A stretch of DNA of 62,769 nt, filler included, from Aduncisulcus paluster (GCA_024181965.1; 6 parts of 6 records of this genome joined end to end with filler, not necessarily neighbours in it), one strand, 5' to 3'. Counted from the whole stretch's first letter, positions 1-11,180 are shown. Notes: generated by a model from the sequence alone, not told the origin. Numbers and translations: made by a program.

Positions 1-3000
1 TTTGTGTGCGTAATCCAGCTTACCTTCTACAGACACCTCTTGTAGCTGTGACTTGGGGATCATTGTGATATGCTCACTCTTCAAAAATGGCCGAGTTCCA
101 CCCGACATCTCCTTGTTCTTTACGAAGATTTCAAAGGACATCACTTGAGAGAACATGTCATCGCGTTCTTGTTTAATTCTAGATATTACTTCATTCTCTT
201 CCTCAATTACAGGCATTATTCTTTTTTCCAGGGAAACACTCTTCTCAACCACTGATTGTGCTGTCATTTGTTCGATAGAAGCAATTTTCTCATTGTCAAA
301 TTCCCCAACCTCTAACAATTGAACAATAAATGTTGAAAGACGATTATACGTTGAGTCAGTGTTTGAGTGATCAGAGAATTGATTATCCATAGCCTCAGTA
401 AACTTTGTCCCTTTTACCATTTTGAAGAAAACATTATTATGAAGTGATTCTTTTCTGACAATCAGGCTATTCTGGAAGGATTTACAATTGTCTTCATCAC
501 TAAATAAGTCAATAAATAGAATTCCAAGTCTTGAGCCATTACAGTTCTCCACCACTTCTCCCCATCTCTGATCTTTTGGAGCAGCAACCGCAGAGAAGAA
601 TTGAACGGACATTCCAGGACTTATCATGAGATACTTCGCATTCTTTTCTTCTTCCTCAAATCCACACATATACGAAGCGAATGGGAAAACATCCAGAGGA
701 AATGACATGTCATTCATCACAAAAGCATCAATAAATCGTTGTAATGCCACAATTGAATGAGGATCTTTGAGCGATTTCACAAGGCGTTGACTCTGCCGAG
801 TTCCAAAGGTTACAATAGAATATGGAATTTTGAAAGAGTTGAGCATGAGACAGATAGCGACAACAAATACGATCACACTATTCTTAACAGGTTTTACATG
901 TTCTTCAATGTCAACCAGGAGAACGACGGGGTGCTGCGGTACGCCTTGATATTTTCTAAATTGAAGACCAACTTGAGTCATCAAATTATCAACAATTCTT
1001 CGAGAATAACAGAAGGAACAGATTTTGTTAATATGGAGATCAGTAATCCACTCTTCATATTTGGAGCTAAACTCTTTCAAGTTAACATATTTAGAGGCAC
1101 CATACGAACCCTTTGCCTCGATAACAACCTTTTCAACAAAATCTTGCATAATCCTGGTTTCTTCAAGAGATCCAACTTTCATAGTGTCAAGATTATTTTT
1201 GAGGAATAAATACATTTCGTCAACATTTCGTTCAATTTTGGCTCTAAATCTCAGATCAGTGGCGTATTTAGCATCAACACGCTTGACATCTCTTCCAAGA
1301 GCACTCAAAGCATTACGACCAAGATGTTCTTCCTCTTCCTCTTCTTCTCCATCCCTGCGTGAAGTCAACTTCATTGCATCATCCAGTCCAATAATCCTAG
1401 TCATTTGCTCCAAACATTGTTGCTTGGCGGATTCGGATACTTTATGAACTCTGGCTACCCCCAGACCATTGGTTTGTGTGAGAACCATCACAGGTTTTGC
1501 AGTAGCTGTCTCAATCTTCCTTCTTGTTGTGTGCCCATGTTCATCGTAAGCGTGTGGGTCAGTGTGTTGATGATTAAAACGAACCTTTGGACCAGAATCC
1601 TGTCTTTGCTGAACATATTTTGCCCCTTGATGTAACAAATTTGTAAACCCATGAGCACGGTTTTGATTGGCATAGCGTTGTAAGTTTTGTTGATGAGCGA
1701 GAGATACACCACTAGGATTAGAACTTGACGCTGGAGAATGACTTGTTCCATCTGAACCAACCATATCATGATCTTCACCTTCAATAAAAGACTGGCATTC
1801 GGGATACCAAGTCTTTTCTTCTGCAAAATACTGAGAACATTCATTGTGAATCAATCGACTGACATCTTTATGGCGTTGATATGTCAATGATCTCATAGAA
1901 TGAAGAGTGTTTTGAATGGTTGTTTTTGTGAGTTCATAAAGTTTATCTGTAATAAACATTGGTAATCCATCCAAAGAACAGAAATAAAGAGTTTCAGCAA
2001 AACCAAGCATTTGTTTAATATCATCAAATGAATACAATCCAGTCTGTGTTCGAGATACCTTATCAACTCTCTTGCCTAAGGATATATATAAGTTGATATC
2101 CATATGGAAAGAGGAGATCATATCGACAAGATCAAACAATTCATTCAAAGTTGAGGAAGCATTGATTTGAGAGATTGCATTGATTATTTCATCCACTCTC
2201 TCCAATGGAGGTTTCAAATGTGAAGTCTCTCCAGTTTTCACAAAGGTAGGTATTTTAGGAATCTCAAATCCAGAAAACTCAGAATCCGATACAACAGATC
2301 CATTGACAAAATAAACATGGGTTGCAAGAGAACCACCAGAGAATACATAGGGTTTCAATCTATTGGTTGTTTCGATTCCTCGATGAATTGGTTTAAATAA
2401 ATTGATCATATCGGGCGAAATTACTTTCATTTGCCTAATGGCATGACCAATACGAGCACAATGATACGGATCAGGCGAGAAATTTTTTAGAGAACTCATT
2501 GAAATCAATCCACAAGGGGTATCACCAACCATAACATAGAATTTATCGCCATAAAATGAATGAGTCGGACTTCGTTTATATTTCAAAATGAAACCCCGAT
2601 TTGCGATTGAATCAGGTGGAATATCAACATTCATTCCCATCTTATCACCATCCCACACAGAGATCTCAAACTTATCTTGATGAGGAGGAATGCACTGGAC
2701 AGAAACAGGGCCAGATAGAGGAGTTGTTCCAGTGTTTCCAATGGTGAACACACATTCTTTTTCAAATTCGCTTGAACGCATCACGAAAAATTTGAAACGC
2801 TGAGGTTTCTTATCTTCAGCAATATATACAAGGATTGGACCAGGAGCATTATAAATATGTGCTTTGGTTATTCTCACTGAAATATCTCGTGTATACAACT
2901 TTAAAGAACCACAAATGTTAGTTCCAGATTGAATGGACATCAACCAATTTGTAAGAACCAACCCATCTTTCATGGTAACCGAATGCTTATCTGAAGCTTC

Positions 3001-6000
3001 ATTTCCAGGCTCAGTGACAACCTGGAAAATATCTTTGAGTTTTGGGAATCCTGCAGGACGCTCAAAGAATAATGCAGATCGATCAAGAGATGGATTGAAA
3101 TGAACAACACTTCCATCAATTCGACAAGTTTCCGGCACACAAATATGAATAGCATTCGGTAAAAGGGCGGTCGAAATTTTCATCACGAGTTGAGAAATAA
3201 GCCGATTGGAAGATTGATGAATGAGCTGAACACAGTGCTCCTCAGAAATTTCCTTTGGTGTTGTCACTGATTTAAAACTAAAAATATCAATCATCAAACC
3301 GTTTGAGCCTCGTTTAGCATCAATTTCCAAGGAACAATCAACAGGTGAAACAACTTGAATATAACAATCATAAGGAATCATCCCTCGAATATGGAGAGAA
3401 TAAGGGCGTATAGAATGAGAATAATCCTGAGGAATAAACGGTGAGAGATAGACAGAAATATCACTACATGAAAACTCTCCTTTTGAAATTCCAATAGATA
3501 GCAAGTCAACTTTCTCAAAACTGCTCAAACCATAAAATTCCGTTCTTTCTCTTCGGAGTGATATCTTCGGTGTTTTGAACCATCTTGAATTGAAGTTGTC
3601 ATTTTTTGACATCAGCCCATCCACAGATTTCTTTGAACGTTTTAATTGTTCCAAATCAAGAGAGCCTTTAGAATATTCTTTTTCAATTGTATATCCATCA
3701 CTCAGTTGTAAAGTTGTTTTCACTCCGTCAGAACATAAAATTTTCTGAGAAATACCTTGCCTAATTTTGGTCACAAATTCACGTGTGTTAGTCGATCTAT
3801 AAAACTCTGTCACTAAATCGAAGAAATCAATTTTAGGTTTGACAGGCTCTGGTGTCATCTTCGTTTTTGATAAGTAATTAAGGGAAACCATTTTGATTGA
3901 AACACCACTTCGTTTAGTGAGATAATAATGTAACCCATTGACACATAATAAATGATATTTCCCACTTCTGCCCGTCACATTTGTGCTATAGTCATTCTTC
4001 AGGTAATCTCCAAATATTGGGACCAATATGGATACTTTCTTTTGTTTTGCACTAACATTCAGATTATGTACTTTAAATTCATTATATACACTCCTTTGAA
4101 ACCCCCAAGAATTTAATAAAGAAGAAGAGGAAACAATTTTTATCTCCAACACTTCATCAGTGATTCCGGTCACATCGAAGTCAAATCGTACAAAGTTTAA
4201 CCTACCTTTAACTTGGTATTTCAAATGTTCCTTTTTTGGACAGAGTGAGAAAAACGGAGAAACAAATATTTTTTTCCCCTCACAACGAAATCCATCCACC
4301 TCAGGAACACTTGAATCATAATAAATATAACATTTTGCAGGACCAGTTTCACCAATCATTCGATAAATTGTGCGAAGATATCCATTTGCGGTGGCTTCAA
4401 GCTTCTCTTTCCCCAAGACTCTATCAAACTGTTTTCGTTCCTCATTGTATCTTTTCATTTCTTGAGAATAAGCATCTTTGGCCCTTAAATTGGAAACATC
4501 CTGAATTTCTTTAACCCAAGCCATTACTTTAGTTTTCCAATCGTCCATTCTACTTTTCAAATCAGCAACCTCACTCTCTTTTTTATCCAACCCTACCTTA
4601 AATGCTGCAGAAACGAGTGCATACATCTCATTTTTAACCATGGAAGCATAGAATCGTGGATATACAAAACACATAAATTTATCATCAAGATTCAAACCGC
4701 ACGAATACAAAAGACTTAAGTCCTCAAATAGTTCCATAACTTTTTCAATCATCTCATTCAGAATCTTTTTCAAGAGTTTTTCAATTTCTCTTTCCAATCT
4801 CCAGATATCTTCAACACAATTCAAAACTTCTTCGACGTGGGTTACCAAAACATTTGAAAATGAATCGATAATCATTGTATATACTTGGTATTCACGACAA
4901 GAAGTATCAGCATTCTCACCAGCGGTCAAAGCAATAACGGATAACTCGTTATTCAGAGAGGTTCTATTTTTGGCCTGGACACAATTGAGAATGTAGGTGG
5001 CAGCAATATGTTGCATGAGGTTTTTAATACTCTTGTCTCTCTGATGGGAACACAGTCCATTAAACATATGATCAAGATTGAAATCAGCTTTGATCTTCTC
5101 AAGCTCTTTCACACCGAATTTTGCAATTTGTTTGGATAAAATAAGAGGAAGAATCGAAATTCCAGTGAAATTATCAGTACTCGAAGAAGCGGATATAGTT
5201 GGTTTCAAAAAGGTTTCGAATGATGGAGACAATCCGGGGGAATATTTCTTGGATAAATAGACAAAAACGGCATTATAATGCGCCAGATCAGGAATCAAGC
5301 CTTCTGAAACAGATCTAAAAATAGACCATAATTCAGAAATAGAATATGTTTCAGCCGATTTCTTATCAGATTTGGACGCTTTGGACGGTTTTGGAGAAGA
5401 AATTGGAACAATTGTAAGACCAGAATCCATAATATCCTCATAAAACTGATCAAGAGATTCATAATCGATATCAATACAAGATATCAAGAAAGTTTTCTCA
5501 TCTGGCATGAATGATTCCCTTTCATTACAATTTTCAAACATTGAAACAAGTATTCCTACATTTTTCTTGTTTGGAATATTAAATGGTAAGGTTATTCCCG
5601 CGGGGGAATTCAACACTTCAATTGGTAATATATCCAAATTGCTATAAACGAATTCAATGCATGCCTGAGCAAACAAACTTCTCGACAAGAAATCATACAC
5701 AGGTCTTGGAGAACCATCTTTATAAATCATCCAACCAAAACCCTTGACCCGCCCAATATAATTCTTGAAGTTCTTGACACACAAAATATCGACCCAAGTC
5801 ACAAAAGCCTCAAGCAATTGTGCCAACATGTCAGGATTACGCCCCATGAAAGGCAATGATACGATTCTAAGGAATATTCCACATCCTTTCTTGAAATTGA
5901 CTTCAGAAATAATAGATTTCGAAGGTTCTTTGAATGATGATTGGACATAATTGATAAATTGAGAAACAATAATCTGGTGCTTTCCTGAGGTTCCAAGTTG

Positions 6001-9000
6001 TTTTCTAACTTGATCCACGACACGGGCAACATGACGTAAATAGAATGATACAAATTGAAGGAATTCATGATTAAAAAATCTCTTTTCTTTCAGAGGTTGA
6101 TATTTGATCCCTTTGGTGACAACATCAATGATGAATTGCCAACAATCAGGAATCTTTCTTTTACCTTCAGACAAAAGCATGGGAGCTTCAAATTTATGAA
6201 GTTCACACAATTGCTCAAAATACTTTAGTTGATACTGATATTCTATTTTTATCTCAGATGCATCAACTTCAAAATCAGGGTCTCGGAGTTGTTTAATCAA
6301 CAGATCCAAATTATGAGCCATTCCTTCAAAATCTTGCCAATTCGACCCTTTTCCTTTTGCATTTTTCTTACATTTCTTTTGCAATTGGAAAAAATCTGAG
6401 ACGAATTGATTCTTTTCCTCTTCGATAGCGGCTTCTTCGATTCGATTTTGAACTCCAAGAGTGAAATCATTTATATATTTCAACCATTCATCATGAATTG
6501 AATCCAAGTCAATCCGAGGTCCAAATACTTCCCGAAATGAATTGTGCACAATTTCCAAAATATCACGAATTCTCTTCATTCTTGACTTTGTGCGTTCCAA
6601 AGAAGATGTGTCATCTTTCTCTGAATACATTATTTTATCCCAAGTGTCAACACTGTTCTCTTGTTTTGCAATAGTGAATAATCTATTCCATTCAGAAATT
6701 AATTCACAATCAGGTTGGTTACGCCTATTAGCTTCACAGGCACAAATTGCGTGTTTTAGAGAACTCACCTTTTTCTTATCCAACTTATTGAAAAAGATAC
6801 CCATAAGTTGATTCTGATGCAGCTGTTTATAAATGGCCATGAAATACAATTTCCTTTGAATAATATCAAATGACGATTCAATACAAGATCTAAAACAGTC
6901 GAAATACTCAGGTTTGAATAATACCATTGTCAACAAACATGGTCGAGGAATTGGGGATTGGATAAAAATAGAACAATCTTCAGATTCTAATGAATGGTCA
7001 GGTTGACATTCATTATTGAAAATGGGGAATAATAATGATCTTGAAGGAACAATACTTTCAAAGTTTAGACCCGGATTAGCTTCAGAATCTTCTTCAATCT
7101 TGATGGATTTCGCCACAAAATTATCAATTCTCTGAGAAAGTTTCTGTCCGAGTAAATCGATTTCATACAATATCGTTTGACAAATTTTGACAAAGTTTTG
7201 AGGAATAATACGTTTGTTCGACTTTCCGAGATAGGCATTTCGTAAACTCATTTGCTTAGAATTTGGAGCCGCAGTGATGAACATTATGTCAAAAATGGTC
7301 ACACTAGATCGTGGAAGAAAAACAACGACACTGTTTGAGTAAGGATCAGTGTTCTTTCTAAAATTAGAAATATCGAGATTGGAAAGAATTATCCTCATAG
7401 ATTTCCCCAAATATTGCGAACGCTTCAGAATCCGGAATTGAGGTGCAAGTTTTATCAAATAATGGCAAATTGAAGAAATTTGAGGAAAGAATTCTGGCTT
7501 CACAAAGTTATTCAATTTTGATGATCGTTTCTGAATAAATACCTTATTCATCATGAATAACAATGTCATACAGAACTGATTGAATCCCATTCCTTCCCGA
7601 ATGATATCAATAAAGAAATCCCTTTCGGTGAGAAACTGTAAGTCTCCAAAAATAGATGTATCATTGAGAAAGAGGGCAGAAATGATATTGCACACGATTT
7701 GAAGGAACTTTGCAGATGTATTATTCACACTTTGTTGCCTCAGATGGAACATTTCAGGATTCAAGTAATCTCCAGATTCAATATCAATGGTCTTGGATAA
7801 AATATGGTAAGCATTTCTGTAGATATTGGAAAACATTATACTTGGACAAGAAGAAGAAGAAGCGGAAGAAGATAAAAACCCTCTGATATCTTGAATGGAA
7901 GGAAAAAGTGAAGGAACAATTCTTTTATCAGAATCCATAATGAAAGAATCAATAATGTTAACNNNNNNNNNNNNNNNNNNNNCAGATGTATTATTCACAC
8001 TTTGTTGCCTCAGATGGAACATTTCAGGATTCAAGTAATCTCCAGATTCAATATCAATGGTCTTGGATAAAATATGGTAAGCATTTCTGTAGATATTGGA
8101 AAACATTATACTTGGACAAGAAGAAGAAGAAGCGGAAGAAGATAAAAACCCTCTGATATCTTGAATGGAAGGAAAAAGTGAAGGAACAATTCTTTTATCA
8201 GAATCCATAATGAAAGAATCAATAATGTTAACAATATGGGGAAGATTATGATGATCCATATTATCGCAATAATAATCGAATACGGTGTAGAATCTACACA
8301 AAGAAGTGTGAATATCAGTGAGTTTGGCCGACCTTTTCTGACTAGTCAATGCCATGGATGGAGTTGGGTTGGCCAAGTGCATACAACAGTGAGTAACACA
8401 ATACAATTCATTCATTTTGGCCCGAACAATGCGGACATTCAATTCATCATGGGCCACACAGGAGATTGCATTCTTCAAAGCGATAAACAGTTTGGCTGGT
8501 ATTATAGAAAGTTCATCCTTTTCTTCTTCGCAAACTTTGACATCTCCGATCATATCAATTTTCTTCCTCTTGAGAAGACGCTTGAGAAGAGCAAATCTAT
8601 TCCGGATATCAGCAGCAATCAAATCTTCATTTTCAGAAGCATTGGAAAAATCAGCCAAAAGAGCAAGATGAGTGCGAGAAGAAAGTTGAATTTCAGGAGA
8701 TGTCGTATTTTGATATTCAATAAACTTTGAAATATAGGCAAAACATAACAAAGATTGCTCATACGAATAAGACTTCAAAAGTTCTTTGAAACATAAGGCT
8801 TCAACAAATGAAATGCCCATCGATAAATCGTACAAATTATCCTCATTCTCAAATGAAAATCCAATTTTAGACATAGGATCCAGAGTTTTGATAATGAAGT
8901 CACTATCTTGAGAAACGCTCATATCACCGTAATACCGTTTCAAAACGAAATACAACATTTGGGCACAATCACGATCAGGATATTCAGCACATAATATCTT

Positions 9001-10992
9001 GAATGAATTCAAAGTATGGAAAAATGCTCTCACACTGAATTTTTGTTTGTCTTCAAGTGACACTGATTTTTTGGACCAATGTTTTCTAAATTTAACAAAG
9101 CTTTGAGCCAACACACTTGAATAAGCATGAATTTCGTTTTTGGAAAGGTGAAGAAGATCGTCTTGAGACAAAACTCTTATGGCGATATCACAGAGGTCAG
9201 ACTCGTTGGAATAGAAATCCTCAGTCGAAATCAAGACACATCTGGACTGGAAACTAGCTGGAATAATGGTAGCATTGGCACTGTATGGATCAACAGTCAT
9301 AAAAAGTCTAAAATCAGGATGAATGGGAATTTCTCCATTCTCGATTTTTAGTCGCACTCCAGGCTGTTCTTTCAGAAAAACAGTATTTGCGTCCTTCTCG
9401 TAGAGATCAAGGCGCATATCTTCCTCTGTTAAACTGTTTAGACGTTCAAATACATCAGACTTGGCAGCCTGGAGAGATTCCAAAGCAACCCAATCTCCAT
9501 TCTTCATCGCAGAAATCAAGGGAGATTCAACAAATCCAATATTCATAACGGAACTTGAGTTATTCTGGATGAATTTAGCATTTTTGAACAACGGACTCAA
9601 GGATTCCAAATGTTTCAGAGCAAATTTCCTTGCCGTAACATTTCCACCAAGTAATTTATACAAATGACGACGAAGTTTCTTCAATTTTTTGCCATATGTT
9701 TGGATATTGAGACAATCAAAATGTGATTCTTCTTGTTCATCTTTTTCTGAAGTTGTTGACGAGGAAGGAGTAATGATCTGCTTGATGGCAGTTTGAATAG
9801 TTTGTCCGAGATCGAGAGCAGATTTGGAAACAACAGGTTCATTCCTTCCAACGACATTCCCAACTTCAGAGTCACAGTTAAGCTGAATAGTATGGAGATT
9901 CTTTCGACATAACTTGGCCAAAATCTGTAATATTTTAGACTTGCCAGTTCCAGACATTCCAGATAGGATAATTGCCCGCTGTGTGGCTAGAATTGAAGAT
10001 ATTTTCTCAGTGACCTCAAGTTGTTTCTGTCCAAGTGTGTGAGCTAATGGACGTTCAAAAGTTGGAATATCTTTCTTTTCTAAGGCAGATGACATTACCA
10101 TTTTGGTTGAATGTATCCGACGGGCCTCTTCTTCCTCTTCTTCACTTTCACTGAATACAGCGAATGCATCTTCCTCTTCTTCCTCCTCCTCTTCCTTCTT
10201 CTGCATTACTTGAAGCACAGTTGCATGACCATCATCATGATCTTGCTCTGAAGTCCTCAATCCAGGGTAAATATTCACCGAACCACAGTTGATGATAGAA
10301 TTCCCAATTTGGACGAGTCTTTGTCCATTTGAAATGAGTTCTTTCACCGAGATCTGAGCATTCGAATCCTCAACGGCCTGGACATCTTTGGGAACATCCG
10401 CAATCTTCAGATCACGAACAAGGTTCTGAATAAGGTTTTTACGTGTGAATGAGTCAAATTTGGCAAACAAAACAAGAGATACGATACTCATAAAGGAAGG
10501 CGGTGAGCTAGATGTTCGAGTTGCTTGATACAATTCAATGACTTTCAATACTTCTCTCAGGGAGTAAGAGTTAATTAAACCATGTTCCCTGCTCTTTTCA
10601 AGGGACATTACAAATGCCGTGGTCATAATACTGAACATTTCGGTGACATTTTCCCCCCCAATTCGAGATTGTATGAGTTCACTCATGATATCTGTCATTT
10701 CTTTAAGGGAATAGTTGTTGATGGGCAAAAATATCACAGAGTCACGAACAAATCGTGGAATCTCCAGTCTAGCACCACTATATTGCATCGGATTGAATGT
10801 AGCAATGGCCAACACATGAGAACAATCCACCAGTGATCCATTTGGTAAGGTAATGAATTTGACTCTATTCGATGAAAAAAGGGGAAGGAAAACATCCATC
10901 ACTTCTCGAGGAGCTAAGTTGAATTCATCCAAGACCAGTAGAAGTTTCGGAGGTCTTTGATACTTCCTAAAGTCACATTCTTGATATTCCAT
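1..10992 (-). CDS. Giant midasin-like AAA+ ATPase with degenerate VWA domain (partial at both ends, >=3,570 aa after collapsing a 270-nt gap duplication)
   Basis: Absent from the ORF track because the frame runs off the window without a stop. Manual translation gives LLLVLDEFNLAPREVMD...IATFNPMQYSGAR (Walker B/sensor 1, ~10770-10950), Walker A GMSGTGKS (9937-9960), FVESPLISAMKNGDWVALE...FERLNSL...IHPDFRLFMTVDP (midasin-type AAA module), and VWA-like VVLLVDIEEH...IPYSIVTFG...VKSLKDPHS...LQRFID (~720-930). All segments I translated share one frame. Confidence 0.85.
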   Translation of the reverse strand, partial: MEYQECDFRKYQRPPKLLLVLDEFNLAPREVMDVFLPLFSSNRVKFITLPNGSLVDCSHVLAIATFNPMQYSGARLEIPRFVRDSVIFLPINNYSLKEMTDIMSELIQSRIGGENVTEMFSIMTTAFVMSLEKSREHGLINSYSLREVLKVIELYQATRTSSSPPSFMSIVSLVLFAKFDSFTRKNLIQNLVRDLKIADVPKDVQAVEDSNAQISVKELISNGQRLVQIGNSIINCGSVNIYPGLRTSEQDHDDGHATVLQVMQKKEEEEEEEEDAFAVFSESEEEEEEARRIHSTKMVMSSALEKKDIPTFERPLAHTLGQKQLEVTEKISSILATQRAIILSGMSGTGKSKILQILAKLCRKNLHTIQLNCDSEVGNVVGRNEPVVSKSALDLGQTIQTAIKQIITPSSSTTSEKDEQEESHFDCLNIQTYGKKLKKLRRHLYKLLGGNVTARKFALKHLESLSPLFKNAKFIQNNSSSVMNIGFVESPLISAMKNGDWVALESLQAAKSDVFERLNSLTEEDMRLDLYEKDANTVFLKEQPGVRLKIENGEIPIHPDFRLFMTVDPYSANATIIPASFQSRCVLISTEDFYSNESDLCDIAIRVLSQDDLLHLSKNEIHAYSSVLAQSFVKFRKHWSKKSVSLEDKQKFSVRAFFHTLNSFKILCAEYPDRDCAQMLYFVLKRYYGDMSVSQDSDFIIKTLDPMSKIGFSFENEDNLYDLSMGISFVEALCFKELLKSYSYEQSLLCFAYISKFIEYQNTTSPEIQLSSRTHLALLADFSNASENEDLIAADIRNRFALLKRLLKRKKIDMIGDVKVCEEEKDELSIIPAKLFIALKNAISCVAHDELNVRIVRAKMNELYCVTHCCMHLANPTPSMALTSQKRSAKLTDIHTSLCRFYTVFDYYCDNMDHHNLPHIVNIIDSFIMDSDKRIVPSLFPSIQDIRGFLSSSASSSSCPSIMFSNIYRNAYHILSKTIDIESGDYLNPEMFHLRQQSVNNTSXXXXXXXVNIIDSFIMDSDKRIVPSLFPSIQDIRGFLSSSASSSSCPSIMFSNIYRNAYHILSKTIDIESGDYLNPEMFHLRQQSVNNTSAKFLQIVCNIISALFLNDTSIFGDLQFLTERDFFIDIIREGMGFNQFCMTLLFMMNKVFIQKRSSKLNNFVKPEFFPQISSICHYLIKLAPQFRILKRSQYLGKSMRIILSNLDISNFRKNTDPYSNSVVVFLPRSSVTIFDIMFITAAPNSKQMSLRNAYLGKSNKRIIPQNFVKICQTILYEIDLLGQKLSQRIDNFVAKSIKIEEDSEANPGLNFESIVPSRSLLFPIFNNECQPDHSLESEDCSIFIQSPIPRPCLLTMVLFKPEYFDCFRSCIESSFDIIQRKLYFMAIYKQLHQNQLMGIFFNKLDKKKVSSLKHAICACEANRRNQPDCELISEWNRLFTIAKQENSVDTWDKIMYSEKDDTSSLERTKSRMKRIRDILEIVHNSFREVFGPRIDLDSIHDEWLKYINDFTLGVQNRIEEAAIEEEKNQFVSDFFQLQKKCKKNAKGKGSNWQDFEGMAHNLDLLIKQLRDPDFEVDASEIKIEYQYQLKYFEQLCELHKFEAPMLLSEGKRKIPDCWQFIIDVVTKGIKYQPLKEKRFFNHEFLQFVSFYLRHVARVVDQVRKQLGTSGKHQIIVSQFINYVQSSFKEPSKSIISEVNFKKGCGIFLRIVSLPFMGRNPDMLAQLLEAFVTWVDILCVKNFKNYIGRVKGFGWMIYKDGSPRPVYDFLSRSLFAQACIEFVYSNLDILPIEVLNSPAGITLPFNIPNKKNVGILVSMFENCNERESFMPDEKTFLISCIDIDYESLDQFYEDIMDSGLTIVPISSPKPSKASKSDKKSAETYSISELWSIFRSVSEGLIPDLAHYNAVFVYLSKKYSPGLSPSFETFLKPTISASSSTDNFTGISILPLILSKQIAKFGVKELEKIKADFNLDHMFNGLCSHQRDKSIKNLMQHIAATYILNCVQAKNRTSLNNELSVIALTAGENADTSCREYQVYTMIIDSFSNVLVTHVEEVLNCVEDIWRLEREIEKLLKKILNEMIEKVMELFEDLSLLYSCGLNLDDKFMCFVYPRFYASMVKNEMYALVSAAFKVGLDKKESEVADLKSRMDDWKTKVMAWVKEIQDVSNLRAKDAYSQEMKRYNEERKQFDRVLGKEKLEATANGYLRTIYRMIGETGPAKCYIYYDSSVPEVDGFRCEGKKIFVSPFFSLCPKKEHLKYQVKGRLNFVRFDFDVTGITDEVLEIKIVSSSSLLNSWGFQRSVYNEFKVHNLNVSAKQKKVSILVPIFGDYLKNDYSTNVTGRSGKYHLLCVNGLHYYLTKRSGVSIKMVSLNYLSKTKMTPEPVKPKIDFFDLVTEFYRSTNTREFVTKIRQGISQKILCSDGVKTTLQLSDGYTIEKEYSKGSLDLEQLKRSKKSVDGLMSKNDNFNSRWFKTPKISLRRERTEFYGLSSFEKVDLLSIGISKGEFSCSDISVYLSPFIPQDYSHSIRPYSLHIRGMIPYDCYIQVVSPVDCSLEIDAKRGSNGLMIDIFSFKSVTTPKEISEEHCVQLIHQSSNRLISQLVMKISTALLPNAIHICVPETCRIDGSVVHFNPSLDRSALFFERPAGFPKLKDIFQVVTEPGNEASDKHSVTMKDGLVLTNWLMSIQSGTNICGSLKLYTRDISVRITKAHIYNAPGPILVYIAEDKKPQRFKFFVMRSSEFEKECVFTIGNTGTTPLSGPVSVQCIPPHQDKFEISVWDGDKMGMNVDIPPDSIANRGFILKYKRSPTHSFYGDKFYVMVGDTPCGLISMSSLKNFSPDPYHCARIGHAIRQMKVISPDMINLFKPIHRGIETTNRLKPYVFSGGSLATHVYFVNGSVVSDSEFSGFEIPKIPTFVKTGETSHLKPPLERVDEIINAISQINASSTLNELFDLVDMISSFHMDINLYISLGKRVDKVSRTQTGLYSFDDIKQMLGFAETLYFCSLDGLPMFITDKLYELTKTTIQNTLHSMRSLTYQRHKDVSRLIHNECSQYFAEEKTWYPECQSFIEGEDHDMVGSDGTSHSPASSSNPSGVSLAHQQNLQRYANQNRAHGFTNLLHQGAKYVQQRQDSGPKVRFNHQHTDPHAYDEHGHTTRRKIETATAKPVMVLTQTNGLGVARVHKVSESAKQQCLEQMTRIIGLDDAMKLTSRRDGEEEEEEEHLGRNALSALGRDVKRVDAKYATDLRFRAKIERNVDEMYLFLKNNLDTMKVGSLEETRIMQDFVEKVVIEAKGSYGASKYVNLKEFSSKYEEWITDLHINKICSFCYSRRIVDNLMTQVGLQFRKYQGVPQHPVVLLVDIEEHVKPVKNSVIVFVVAICLMLNSFKIPYSIVTFGTRQSQRLVKSLKDPHSIVALQRFIDAFVMNDMSFPLDVFPFASYMCGFEEEEKNAKYLMISPGMSVQFFSAVAAPKDQRWGEVVENCNGSRLGILFIDLFSDEDNCKSFQNSLIVRKESLHNNVFFKMVKGTKFTEAMDNQFSDHSNTDSTYNRLSTFIVQLLEVGEFDNEKIASIEQMTAQSVVEKSVSLEKRIMPVIEEENEVISRIKQERDDMFSQVMSFEIFVKNKEMSGGTRPFLKSEHITMIPKSQLQEVSVEGKLDYAHK
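7713..8232. repeat. Assembly artefact: 250-bp duplicated overlap around 20-N gap
   Basis: 7713-7962 matches 7983-8232; the 270-nt offset preserves the reading frame. Confidence 0.95.
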
Positions 10993-10993
10993 T

Positions 10994-11093
10994 NNNNNNN
11001 NNNNNNNNNNNNNNNNNNNNNNNNNNNNNNNNNNNNNTTAATTAATTAANNNNNNNNNNNNNNNNNNNNNNNNNNNNNNNNNNNNNNNNNNNN
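10994..11093. other. Artificial contig spacer (N44-TTAATTAATTAA-N44)
   Basis: Six-frame stop linker in a 100-nt N block; the same structure occurs five times. Confidence 0.97.
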
Positions 11094-11121
11094 GGGCTTA
11101 AACTTTATCTAAATAACATAC

Positions 11122-11180
11122 CCAACTCGAAAAGAACAAAAATGCGAACCTATAACCCTCCAAATTTCATCGTCGGACAT
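11122..11180 (-). CDS. MAK16: MAK16 (60S biogenesis factor) exon 1; remainder off-contig
   Basis: ATG at 11180 reads MSDDEIWRVIGSHFCSFRV, matching the conserved Mak16 N-terminus (MSD..IW..I...FCS). It is followed directly by a GTATGT donor at 11121. Confidence 0.85.

Noticed and set aside
70-10836. Short ORFs in the track over the first contig
   Set aside because: They are antisense or off-frame shadows of the giant AAA+ gene.
1-10993. Alternative genetic code or pseudogene explaining the lack of long ORFs
   Set aside because: The minus frame is simply open off the window edge. Other genes end normally in TAA, TAG or TGA, so no stop reassignment is needed.
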